Shown here: positions 30,871 to 39,266 of the stretch, piece by piece | Layout: each line of letters starts with the position of its first letter | Position numbering within the stretch: position 1 is the first letter of the stretch | Assembly: GCA_963825595.1 (NCBI GenBank) | Contig: CAWGUE010000026.1 | Location: 26,651-90,650 of the forward strand | Direction of reading: 5' to 3' | From: an uncultured delta proteobacterium | GTDB lineage: Bacteria; Desulfobacterota; Desulfobacteria; Desulfobacterales; SG8-13 | DNA length: 64,000 nucleotides | Made by a program: the position numbers and the translations under genes | Notes under the pieces: model-generated | Told to the model about the DNA's origin: nothing | Database searches by the model: none | Seen by the model: the letters and a program-made list of their open reading frames with translations, nothing else

Positions 30871-30906
30871 AAAAGTAAAACTCCCCGGGTGACATACCGC
30901 AGGGAG
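30871..30906 (-). terminator. Intrinsic terminator of candidate sRNA 1
   Basis: Minus strand CTCCCTGCGG..CCCGGGGAG followed by TTTTACTTTT. Confidence 0.7.
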
Positions 30907-31330
30907 TTAAAAGGAGGATGATATAAAGGATGTTTCAGATACCGCTTCAGATTTACATATACGTTTTAAGTTATATTACTCGGATTATCCGTCTTTAACC
31001 AGTACTGCTTTTCGATGATACAAAAGGCTACCCTTACCTTTTTATTTAATCCTTTGTGTTGAGTTTGATAAGTAATGTTAACTTGCCAACGAGTTTTTTT
31101 CGGTTTAGCGTTTCAGATTGAAGGTAATTATCACCACCGGCTCTGAAACATCCTTTATACGCGTGGTTGAGGGCTCATCCGATTAACCCCCGGCTTTGCC
31201 GTATATCCTTGTGTGTCGGCATGCCCGCTCGGTTCGTCGGCAGCAGCGCAAATGTCGAAAGCGGAAAAGGAAGATAAGCGCGATAGGGTCTTGGATAACG
31301 TTCAATACCATCCGTGGCCCGGCATACCGA
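30871..31330 (-). ncRNA. Candidate sigma54-dependent sRNA 1 (about 450 nt)
   Basis: Lies between a sigma54-like promoter and terminator; 18-bp inverted repeat 30922-30939/31142-31159; several ANGGA motifs; anti-SD tract before the terminator. Confidence 0.55.
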
Positions 31331-31340
31331 AAACGGATCA

Positions 31341-31356
31341 TACAAATTTTATGCCA
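31341..31356 (-). promoter_or_regulatory. Sigma54-type promoter
   Basis: TGGCATAAAATTTGTA (GG-N10-GT; one mismatch at -12). Confidence 0.65.
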
Positions 31357-31430
31357 CAGACGTAATTTACTGTATTTCTAAATTTTTCGAACGGTTATAT
31401 AGCTCCGCTTACGCTCACCGACCACCTTAT

Positions 31431-31467
31431 TGACAAAATACAGTCAAATTCTTGACAAAATTTGTCA
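31431..31467. promoter_or_regulatory. Paired TGAC-N7/8-GTCA boxes (putative enhancer)
   Basis: TGACAAAATACAGTCA 31431 and TGACAAAATTTGTCA 31453, 22 bp apart. Confidence 0.65.
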
Positions 31468-31509
31468 GCCGCCAATCTACGCCCACAGATTTGTGGTCAT
31501 CGGGCCGAT

Positions 31510-33300
31510 TCAGACCCACCGCAGGGCTTCTGAAAGGCACGTTTCCCGCAGCAAGCGCTTTTTGCCCAGGCGCAGGCAAACGGTCCGGCCGGAGGCGGTC
31601 AAACGGCGAAGATCCGTCATCAGCACGCGCAACCGGTCATAGGCCGGTAGGTCGAGGCAGCGTTGCCTGGTGAAGACACCACGATGATAATGCGGTGGCA
31701 CAGGCGGCGCATCGCAGGAGTCCACCTCGAACCGGTCGACGACACGCCCCTCGCTGATAACGAGTCCGATGATGGTCTCCCGCCGCGAAGTCCAAACCAG
31801 AGACGATTCGCTCAACAACATCAACCACCGCGCCCGGCGCAGCAACCAGGCGCATTGACCCAGTACAGATTCAATCCGGCTGATCACATCTTCCGCTGTC
31901 CATTGGACATCGACAGGACCGGTTTCCGTCTCTACCGCACTGCCGATTGTCGGCTCTTGCTCGATTTCGGCCGCCGCTGCGGCCAGCCGTCTTTTCCTGT
32001 CACCGATGGCGAGCAATGATCGCCAGAAAGGTTTCGATTCAACAGCCGATGCATACTGCTCCCTGAAGATTCGTAGACCCTCTTGAAGACATGCGTCGCC
32101 GGGGCAGAAGCACTCCGGCAGGTCAAGCAGCACGGTTGCTTCAGGGGTGGCTGCTGCAGGCCGGGCTCCGATGGGGCTCGTCATGAATCCACCGATGGCA
32201 TGCAACGCCGCAAAAGGACCCCGGTGCAGCACGGGGCCGAACCGATGCCGGCGATCGGGTGTATGCGAAAAGTGGCTGAAGTGAGGAGACATGAACCACG
32301 TGCGGCGATTGTCCGCCTGCAGGGCGACGTTATAGGGCGGGCAGAGTCGCTTGATCTCCTCGGATTCCAGGAGAGCGGCCTCAAGCGCCGATGCAGTGGG
32401 CGTTATTTTCAAGCCTGCAGCCTGGGTAAGCATTTCAAGGGATTTCTCCGAACTGCAGCCGGTTTTACGAAAATGACTGTTTACCCTCTGGCGAAGACGC
32501 GTCGCCTTACCGATGTAGAGAGGATCACCGTTGGAGCGCACGAAACGATACACACCAGGACCGTCCGGCAGGTCACGCCGCATGGCCTCGGCCATGGGAT
32601 ACCGGCGCACAGTGCCGGCCGGCACCGGTGTTTTCTCGAGCCAGCATTTCAGTTCCGAAAGAGTGTGAATCTTATCGGAGCGTCCGAGAAGAGCGACCAG
32701 CTCACGCCAGATGACGGCCGTGGCCGTAACGTGGGCGGCGCAGCGCCGGCTGGGGGTAACCGTGTGCCCAAAGTATCCGGCCAGGGCCCGCAAGCCTTTG
32801 CGGGGAAGTTCGGGCAGCAGGCGCCTCGCAATTTCATGGCTGCAGATGATGTCGAACGGAAATATCGATGCGGCTCCCTGCGCCTCGTGAAGATGCCGTA
32901 AAAAAGGACCTTCAAAGCGCGCAAAGTGAATGACTGTCGGGCAGCATTGCGATTGGTTAAGTCCGGATATCGACCGGGCCGTTTCGCTCAGGCGGTGCCA
33001 CACGGTATTGGTCGACCGCCCATCGACTAAATCGGTTTGCTTAATACCCGTCAGACGCGCCACGGGTGACGGAATCGTCTCGGTTGTCGGCAATCGAACC
33101 AGGCAGCTGACAACCGGCAAACGGCCCGGTGCGGCCACGTGTGCGGCCGATGTCCGCATCCATCCCACTTCAATTAGACTGGCGCTTTCCGGACGGCTAC
33201 CGGTGGTTTGGCAATCGAAGATCAGCACCTCGAGTGTCTCGAGTGGTGAATCGATCCCCATGCCTTCAGGGGGAGTGTTTGTCATTGGATGGTGCGACAC
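31510..33300 (-). CDS. DEDDh-like exonuclease domain (degenerate) fused to UvrC/Cho-like GIY-YIG endonuclease
   Basis: IFDCQTTG...LIEVGW; GVYRF..LYIGKA..LRQRV.SHF...ALLE...P.YN. Confidence 0.82.
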   Translation of the reverse strand: MSHHPMTNTPPEGMGIDSPLETLEVLIFDCQTTGSRPESASLIEVGWMRTSAAHVAAPGRLPVVSCLVRLPTTETIPSPVARLTGIKQTDLVDGRSTNTVWHRLSETARSISGLNQSQCCPTVIHFARFEGPFLRHLHEAQGAASIFPFDIICSHEIARRLLPELPRKGLRALAGYFGHTVTPSRRCAAHVTATAVIWRELVALLGRSDKIHTLSELKCWLEKTPVPAGTVRRYPMAEAMRRDLPDGPGVYRFVRSNGDPLYIGKATRLRQRVNSHFRKTGCSSEKSLEMLTQAAGLKITPTASALEAALLESEEIKRLCPPYNVALQADNRRTWFMSPHFSHFSHTPDRRHRFGPVLHRGPFAALHAIGGFMTSPIGARPAAATPEATVLLDLPECFCPGDACLQEGLRIFREQYASAVESKPFWRSLLAIGDRKRRLAAAAAEIEQEPTIGSAVETETGPVDVQWTAEDVISRIESVLGQCAWLLRRARWLMLLSESSLVWTSRRETIIGLVISEGRVVDRFEVDSCDAPPVPPHYHRGVFTRQRCLDLPAYDRLRVLMTDLRRLTASGRTVCLRLGKKRLLRETCLSEALRWV

Positions 33301-33400
33301 CTGATAAAAGGGTAAAAAGGGGGTCGAAAAAGACCAGACAGGCCTGCAGCATTCCTGAATGGACTGATTGCTGGTGGTGGGGGTTGAGACAGCCCGCGAC

Positions 33401-34309
33401 TCAGTCGACTTTCAACTTCTTGGCGTAAGAGGCCGCTTCAAGACCTGCCACACAGCCTTCTCCGACGGCTTTGGCCATCTGCCACGGCGGCCCGCAGATG
33501 TCTCCGGCAGCAAAGACGCCCGGTACGCTGGTTTTCTGTTTTTTGTCGGTCTGGATATACTTGGCGTCATCGTCCAGGCGGATTCCCAATTCGGTGGCCA
33601 GTTCCATGACACCCTTGGCTCCGAGTTCGATAAAAACACCGCTGACAGGAATAAGCGTGCCGTCTTTCAACACGATGCCGGTCACTTCTTTGTCTCCGTT
33701 TATTTTCGCGACGGTCGCACCCTGGCGGACGATCACGGCGCTATGTTCGATTTCCTTCCTCAAAGAATCCACTACTTGTAACCGGTTGCAGATCAGATGA
33801 ATCTTACTGCCGTATCCCGTCAGCGTCAGGGCGCCGCCGGCAGCAGCACTTTCATCCCCGATAACCGCCACTTCCTGGTTGCGGAAAAAATTCGCATCAC
33901 ACTCGACGCAGTAACTGACCCCTTTGCCGAGAAGTTCCTTTTCCCCCGGGACACCCAGTTTGTTGCGGGTTGAACCGGTAGCGATAATCAGGCTTTTACA
34001 GCGGATTTTTTGTCGGCTTTCGGTCGTCAGGCTGAACAATGGGCCGTCCTGGGCAACCTTCATAATATCCTCGTCGACGATTTCTGCACCGAAGCGGATC
34101 GCCTGCTCACGTCCAATTCTCAGCATATCCTCCCCGGCCACATTGAAGAGACAGCAGAAGTTCTCGACATGGGCGTGAAACAGACTACTTTTGACCTGCT
34201 TACCGTACATGACGACCGTGGCTTTACGCCGGGCGGCATGAATGGCGGCCTGAAGTCCGGCCGGTCCTGTACCGAGGATAACCACATCAATGATCTCGTT
34301 GTCCTGCAT
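33401..34309 (-). CDS. Thioredoxin reductase-like flavoprotein
   Basis: GTGPAG, IATG, GKGVSYCVECD and TSVPGVFAAGD. Confidence 0.88.
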   Translation of the reverse strand: MQDNEIIDVVILGTGPAGLQAAIHAARRKATVVMYGKQVKSSLFHAHVENFCCLFNVAGEDMLRIGREQAIRFGAEIVDEDIMKVAQDGPLFSLTTESRQKIRCKSLIIATGSTRNKLGVPGEKELLGKGVSYCVECDANFFRNQEVAVIGDESAAAGGALTLTGYGSKIHLICNRLQVVDSLRKEIEHSAVIVRQGATVAKINGDKEVTGIVLKDGTLIPVSGVFIELGAKGVMELATELGIRLDDDAKYIQTDKKQKTSVPGVFAAGDICGPPWQMAKAVGEGCVAGLEAASYAKKLKVD

Positions 34310-34451
34310 TCGTCATCTCCCTTGTTCGACCATCATCTTGATACGGTCCGACAGAACTGTCAAGCGCTGGAGCCTGGGTAACGGATTGCGATCGGTAAAC
34401 GGAGCCCATCCACCGACTCCGACCTGCATCAATAGGCGCTTTGTCAATCAG

Positions 34452-34509
34452 TGCCCATCCACATTTCGTTAAAGGCATTACAGAGTGTCCAATTCATGAA
34501 TGCACATTT
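34452..34509 (+). repeat. Truncated left end of the 37405/48100/61707 element
   Basis: TGCCCATCCAC...TCGTTAAAGGCATTACAGAGTGTCC matches 61707-61760. Confidence 0.75.
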
Positions 34510-34710
34510 CACTCTCGACTCTTCCAGGCTCTTGAATTAGGCGTTTTCGGCATTACACTATTGTCTGTAGTTGTCAACCCGAGGCCGACCCGTTTAATCG
34601 ACACATCGATTGTGGGTCGGAACAGACCTCATCCGAGCATGCTGACGCCGGAAAGCATCGACACCGGTCGCAGCGTGTCAATATGGAAGTTCGAAAGGAG
34701 ATGAAGCCGC

Positions 34711-35013
34711 ATGGCAAATGATAAATTCAGAGTTACGCCGGATGTTTGTACCTACCTCAGCGAAGATGAGCACACCCTGAACATTGAAGTATCCGTACCG
34801 GGTGTCAACAAAGACGATATCCGCCTGCGAATGCTCGACGACAGTTTCAATCTGACGGCCCCAGGAAAGGATGTCGAATACGTCACTGCTTCAGCCTTCT
34901 GCTGCCCGGTAAAGGCCAATGAAGCCCAGGCAAAATACGAAAACGGCTGCCTTAAAATATCGGTGCCGTTTAAAAATCCGTTTGAAAACGCCGTGCAAGT
35001 TCTTATCAGTTGA
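34711..35013 (+). CDS. Small heat-shock protein (Hsp20 domain)
   Basis: VPGVNKDDI and AKYENGCLKI..P; AAGGAG RBS. Confidence 0.88.
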   Translation: MANDKFRVTPDVCTYLSEDEHTLNIEVSVPGVNKDDIRLRMLDDSFNLTAPGKDVEYVTASAFCCPVKANEAQAKYENGCLKISVPFKNPFENAVQVLIS

Positions 35014-35440
35014 TCGCAATCTTTCGCCGGGAATTTACCGATCACCACCCCAAACGCATCGCGTCACGGGGGCACGTCGCAATATAAATACGAAAAGCGG
35101 GGCCGTTAAAGGCCCTGCTTTCTGCTTCAGTCCCTAATCGAACCGCCGCGCGACCGTTGGATGAGTGCTCCCAACCTAAGCATTTTACCAATAGGTGGCT
35201 TTCGAGTCCATGGCCTCTCGTGGTGAAGTTGGCGTTCATCTATCGCGAGCCCAAATTACGCCGGTTTCCGAATCCACACCAAAATTCAGTTCCTAAAAAG
35301 CCGGCTTTTGACCCGAGGGTGAAAATTTCGGGTTAAATGTCGTTCCGATACAAGGCGCCCGCAGGGAGGGATTCGGAGTCGTCGTTTTTAAACGCACAAC
35401 CGGCCGCTAACCATCGCGCAGACAAAGGGTCAATCGCCGG

Positions 35441-36025
35441 TCAGCTACTTTCACCTTTGAGGCCAAGAGTGTCGGCGACCTCCCGCATACCCATGATGGT
35501 GTCGGTGATGAGCTCGCTTACGTCGACACCCAACATCTGACCCCCTTTTTCAATTATTCCTCGATCAACGCCGGCGGCAAACCGCTTGTCTTTCCACTTT
35601 TTTTTGACCGACTTGGCCTTCAAGTCCATCAGGCTCCGTGATGGCCGCACGAGAGCGGTCGTGACCACCAGTCCCGTCAACTCATCGATGGCGTAAAGGA
35701 CCTTTTCCATTTCCGTTTGGGGTTCCACATCCGTGCAGATTCCCCACCCATGGCTCACCACCGCGCGGATATACTCTTCGGGCCAATTCTGGTCCCGAAG
35801 GATTTCTTCGGTCTTCCGGCAGTGCTGTTGGGGAAACATTTCGTAATCCAAATCATGAATGAGGCCGATTATGCCCCATTTTTCTTCATCCTCGCCGCGT
35901 TTACGCGCCATGTAACGCATGACGCTTTCAACGGCAAGGGCGTGTTTGATCAGGCTTTCATTTCGATTGTATTCCTTCAGCAGTTGGAAGGCTTTTTCAC
36001 GTGTCGGTTCTCTTGATTCATTCAT
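35441..36025 (-). CDS. HD-domain phosphohydrolase
   Basis: KHALAVE, GLIHDLDYE, SH, DELTG and KKKWKDKRFAAGV. Confidence 0.9.
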   Translation of the reverse strand: MNESREPTREKAFQLLKEYNRNESLIKHALAVESVMRYMARKRGEDEEKWGIIGLIHDLDYEMFPQQHCRKTEEILRDQNWPEEYIRAVVSHGWGICTDVEPQTEMEKVLYAIDELTGLVVTTALVRPSRSLMDLKAKSVKKKWKDKRFAAGVDRGIIEKGGQMLGVDVSELITDTIMGMREVADTLGLKGESS

Positions 36026-36116
36026 ACGTCAACCCCTTTGATCTCCAAAAATTTCATGATTTTTTATCACGCGAACGCGTTTTGAAGATAAAATGCACCG
36101 CAGCCGACCCCCCCGC

Positions 36117-36668
36117 TCAAGGCAGAAACAACTGCAATTCCCTCAAACCCATGGTTCCGGCCGACGCGATGATTCTCTGTGAGTATCGGCCGCACTCGAT
36201 GATTCTCGCTGTTTTTTTTTCACAAACCGCCGCGGAAAAACGGCCGCTTAGAAAGAGGATCCTCGGGAACAGAAGCGCGTTGATGAACGGCAGGCCGCTG
36301 TCCCGGCAGAATCCGCTGCCGCGGCCATCGTCGATAATGATAAAATCGGCCCGTCCTTCTTTAAAACAAGCGATGGTATCCCGCTCTCCCGGGTCAAGGA
36401 GCTGCAAACGCATAGCGCGCGGACTGCGCGTCGCGGTTCGCCCGTCGCAAGACATGATAGTGATGGCCCGCCGGCGCCCCATATCTCTAAAGAATTCCGA
36501 TCCGGGGTATCCGCTGCGGGTCACTTCCGAGAGGACCGAAGCCGTCATCAGGAGGCGGTAGGTCTGAGCCAGCCGCCCGAACAACCCTGCCTTGAAGAGA
36601 ATAATGGCTGATGAGGCATCGACGATCGCTCGCTTACGATTGTTGTCGTTCTTCTGAAAAATGTCCAT
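36117..36668 (-). CDS. PIN-domain-like protein (DUF3368-like)
   Basis: IVDASS, VLSEV, LDPGE and IIDD acidic pattern of PIN folds. Confidence 0.7.
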   Translation of the reverse strand: MDIFQKNDNNRKRAIVDASSAIILFKAGLFGRLAQTYRLLMTASVLSEVTRSGYPGSEFFRDMGRRRAITIMSCDGRTATRSPRAMRLQLLDPGERDTIACFKEGRADFIIIDDGRGSGFCRDSGLPFINALLFPRILFLSGRFSAAVCEKKTARIIECGRYSQRIIASAGTMGLRELQLFLP

Positions 36669-36714
36669 GCAAAGATGGCGATAGGGTAACCACCGCGGCA
36701 TTTTTTATCAAGTT

Positions 36715-36863
36715 GAAAAATATTCATGAAATATGCGGGTGAGAGACCCAGAGTGGTGACAGAGCGTGATCATCGATCGAGCCGTACCGGAAGAGTCGAA
36801 TCAGGGGCGTTCTATCCCGCACAATTTACGATGCGGGAAAATATTCATGCTGTATGCGGGATA
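36715..36863. repeat. Short direct/inverted repeats AAAATATTCATGnnnTATGCGGG
   Basis: Copies at 36715-36739 and 36837-36860; TATCCCGCA 36813 is inverted to TGCGGGATA 36855. Confidence 0.6.
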
Positions 36864-36992
36864 AAATATGAGCCCCTGAAGTTCTGAGAACTCCAGGGGC
36901 TTTTAAAGGAGGAGTCACCCCGAGGTTCACCACGCCTCGGAGTTTGTCTGATGAAGTTGCCGACACCGGGTTGGTTGGCGTGGCAGCTTGAT
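36862..36992 (-). ncRNA. Candidate sigma54-dependent sRNA 2 (about 130 nt)
   Basis: Hairpin CTCCGAGG..CCTCGGGG, then ACTCCTCCTTTAAAA anti-SD tract, then terminator-like stem AGCCCCTGGAGTT..AACTTCAGGGGCT; no ORF. Confidence 0.65.
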
Positions 36993-37001
36993 TTCTGGTA
37001 T

Positions 37002-37017
37002 TTCAATTTTCATGCCA
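37002..37017 (-). promoter_or_regulatory. Sigma54-type promoter
   Basis: TGGCATGAAAATTGAA (GG-N10-GA; one mismatch at -12). Confidence 0.65.
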
Positions 37018-37040
37018 AACCGACCTTAAAATTGCATTTT

Positions 37041-37053
37041 TAATTCGTTGATA
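37041..37053 (-). promoter_or_regulatory. IHF binding site
   Basis: TATCAACGAATTA matches WATCAANNNNTTR, with adjacent A-tract, between enhancer and promoter. Confidence 0.65.
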
Positions 37054-37096
37054 TGATTGGTTTTTTATTTAAGGCGGGCAAAGACCGCCGCAAACT

Positions 37097-37133
37097 TGCC
37101 AAAACGCGTCAGAATACCTGACCAAAATTGTCA
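37097..37133. promoter_or_regulatory. Paired TG(A/C)C-N7-GTCA boxes (putative enhancer)
   Basis: TGCCAAAACGCGTCA 37097 and TGACCAAAATTGTCA 37119, 22 bp apart. Confidence 0.65.
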
Positions 37134-37404
37134 CCTGTAGATCTGAAACGGCCGTTGAATCCGACAAATGGGATCCGTCGTCCCTGAACAGCAAAACCGA
37201 TTTCTGATGGCCGTAAGATCATCCGGCCGACCGGATTGTTGGCGTCAAAGAACCGGACCGCCCTGCCGGACCCTCAAGGTATCGCCCCCGTATCTAAGCC
37301 GTTTTTTCCTTTTATTTCACCCGTGATTATGTAAAAACAGGGGTGACGATCCCCTTAACGACCGATCGTCGCCCCTAAAAACCTGCGCCAGGAATGCTAA
37401 GTAG

Positions 37405-37598
37405 TGCCCATCCACGAAAAGTGGATGGCACCATTAAGTGTCCAATTCATAAATGAGATTTTTTTTCGCTGGGCAAGACCGCATCCCGCCTCGGCGGGAT
37501 TTGCGGCGAGGCGTACTTTATGTACGCCGCAGCCGGAAACCTGCGGAGAATCCCGCCTGGCGGGACCCAGCGGAAAAAAGGCCATTTATGGGTGGACA
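37405..37598 (+). mobile_element. MITE-like element, copy 1
   Basis: Ends TGCCCATCCAC/ATGGGTGGACA; flanks CTAAGTAG/CTAAGTAA; similar to 48100 and 61707. Confidence 0.85.
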
Positions 37599-37625
37599 CT
37601 AAGTAAGGAGGAGACCGTCGATCAG

Positions 37626-38603
37626 ATGGGCAAGGCAAGCGCGATTGTTATGGCCGGCTACAATAACAAATGGGTCGTTCGGAAATATGCCAAAATCGTC
37701 GCCGAACACTACGGTGAGACATTCATCGAAACCGGATACAAGCCGTTACGGGAATTCGAAGTCATCGAAAACGATCGACCGGTTAAAAAACCGCTGATTC
37801 AATTCACTCTGGAGCAGCTTTTGCAGTGCGATCGTATCGGGGACATTACCATCGTCGGTCATCAAATGTTGCTGGAGCAGCGTCTCAGAGATTTTCTCAA
37901 CCAGTCCGGCAGGCCATATCGAATTATCAACCAGAACACCCACATTCCGGCCGATGTCATCGAGGCCTTTCATATTCGGCCCCGCAAGGTTAGTCACAAC
38001 TCCATCGCCGGAAATATGATCAAGGGTTATGCGGCCAGCGCCGCCAGCGAACAGCAGCGACACGCTCTGTTCGTGGCATCGGACTCGCCGTTGACCGCCA
38101 GCAGTTTTATCGATTACTTTCTGGATCTCTCCGAAAAATTCGCCCAGGACTATACCATTATTCTCCCGGCAGTATTGATCGAAGGCGTCACGGACAATTT
38201 TGGGCGCTATCCCATGAAACTCATCAACGACTCTGAAATTCAACTGTCTGACAAAACCGACGCCCATGGTCGGCAGGGTTTTCGCCTCTCTTCTCTGATG
38301 TATGCCAATCCGTACGGATTCGACATCAACACGGCCAATACCGCTTACAATCTACGCAAGTGCCTGAATCCCAAGGTGCAGCTAAAATTGTTCAGGATCA
38401 CGCGGGATCTGGGGTACAAAAATGTCTACTCCAAGCATTTTATCCAAAAGGATCTAAGTCTGAAAGAAGTCGAGAATATAACCTCGGCCTTTTTCGACGG
38501 GCGCCTGAAGATAATTCCGGTACAGGAGGTGGCCACGAGCTACGATTATGACGGTACGGACGACGAATACAGGCGGCTGGCTGAAATCCTCAGAAAAGTT
38601 TGA
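37626..38603 (+). CDS. Hypothetical protein, probable GT-A/NTP-transferase-like fold
   Basis: AIVMAG, KPLIQFTLE.L, VASDSPL and C-terminal DYD; start moved downstream of the repeat (AAGGAGG RBS). Confidence 0.65.
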   Translation: MGKASAIVMAGYNNKWVVRKYAKIVAEHYGETFIETGYKPLREFEVIENDRPVKKPLIQFTLEQLLQCDRIGDITIVGHQMLLEQRLRDFLNQSGRPYRIINQNTHIPADVIEAFHIRPRKVSHNSIAGNMIKGYAASAASEQQRHALFVASDSPLTASSFIDYFLDLSEKFAQDYTIILPAVLIEGVTDNFGRYPMKLINDSEIQLSDKTDAHGRQGFRLSSLMYANPYGFDINTANTAYNLRKCLNPKVQLKLFRITRDLGYKNVYSKHFIQKDLSLKEVENITSAFFDGRLKIIPVQEVATSYDYDGTDDEYRRLAEILRKV

Positions 38604-38651
38604 GTCAGCTGGACTCCGACCCGGACAACGTCGGCGGCCGACAATCGGTCG

Positions 38652-39125
38652 TTATTGACGATGCGGTTCTTCCGAGGCGCAAAGCTGCAGTTGCCGGGCG
38701 TGCTTTCGCTCCTCTGCAATGATCTTCTCGAGGAGTTCCTGAGCTTCCCTGTCTTCCACAAACGGCCTCAGCATTTCAAAAAACTGAACTTTATCTCTTT
38801 CAAATTCGATCGTGATTTTCACCAGTTCCATGTCCCGCTGAATTTCCGAAACGTTGGCATCCTCCAGCGAAAAGCTCAGGCCACCGATAGTCTCCAATAA
38901 TATCTCACGGCCGACCGCGGCTATCCTCTGGTCCCCTTCCAGTTTCTTGACTTTCTTTCGGAGGGCAAAAAACCACTCCACATGCCGGGTTTCCTCATCT
39001 ACGAGCCACTCGAGCAGCGAGCGCAGATCTGCGTTAGCGGTCCGACTCAGCGCATTGCGGTAGATTCTTTCAGCGTTTTTGTCGATCTGGATGGCTATTT
39101 CGATCAATTCTTCACTGGTAAACAC
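38652..39125 (-). CDS. Rubrerythrin/ferritin-like protein
   Basis: IAIQID..A..IY, DEETRH, FE.D...F and EERKH diiron pattern. Confidence 0.82.
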   Translation of the reverse strand: MFTSEELIEIAIQIDKNAERIYRNALSRTANADLRSLLEWLVDEETRHVEWFFALRKKVKKLEGDQRIAAVGREILLETIGGLSFSLEDANVSEIQRDMELVKITIEFERDKVQFFEMLRPFVEDREAQELLEKIIAEERKHARQLQLCASEEPHRQ

Positions 39126-39266
39126 AGCATCTCCCCGGATTCAATGACCTCCGGCAAAGCCGGAGGAATGATCTGTTAACCGCTCAAAGCGGTCTTTTAA
39201 AACCATTATTTCAGACAAACAGACGGTCATTGAATGTTGTTTTTTTAATGAATCGGGATCGGGGCC

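Noticed and set aside
30907..30930. Plus-strand AAGGAGG as an RBS
   Set aside because: Followed immediately by ATG ATA TAA with no spacing; the 36906 equivalent has no start codon
30922..31159. 6S RNA, because of the long closing stem
   Set aside because: Interior is AT-rich without evident extended rod pairing, and the usual zapA/ygfA context is absent; an Rfam scan would settle it
31185..31230. GGCAAAGCC on the minus strand suggesting a c-di-GMP-I riboswitch
   Set aside because: No GGCAAAC...GAAA P2 tetraloop arrangement or P1 pairing found
36715..36863. CRISPR array
   Set aside because: Only two imperfect repeats about 120 bp apart and no cas genes
37404..37625. N-terminal extension of the 399-aa ORF and the similar short ORFs at 48099 and 61706
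   Set aside because: They are translations of the MITE-like repeat
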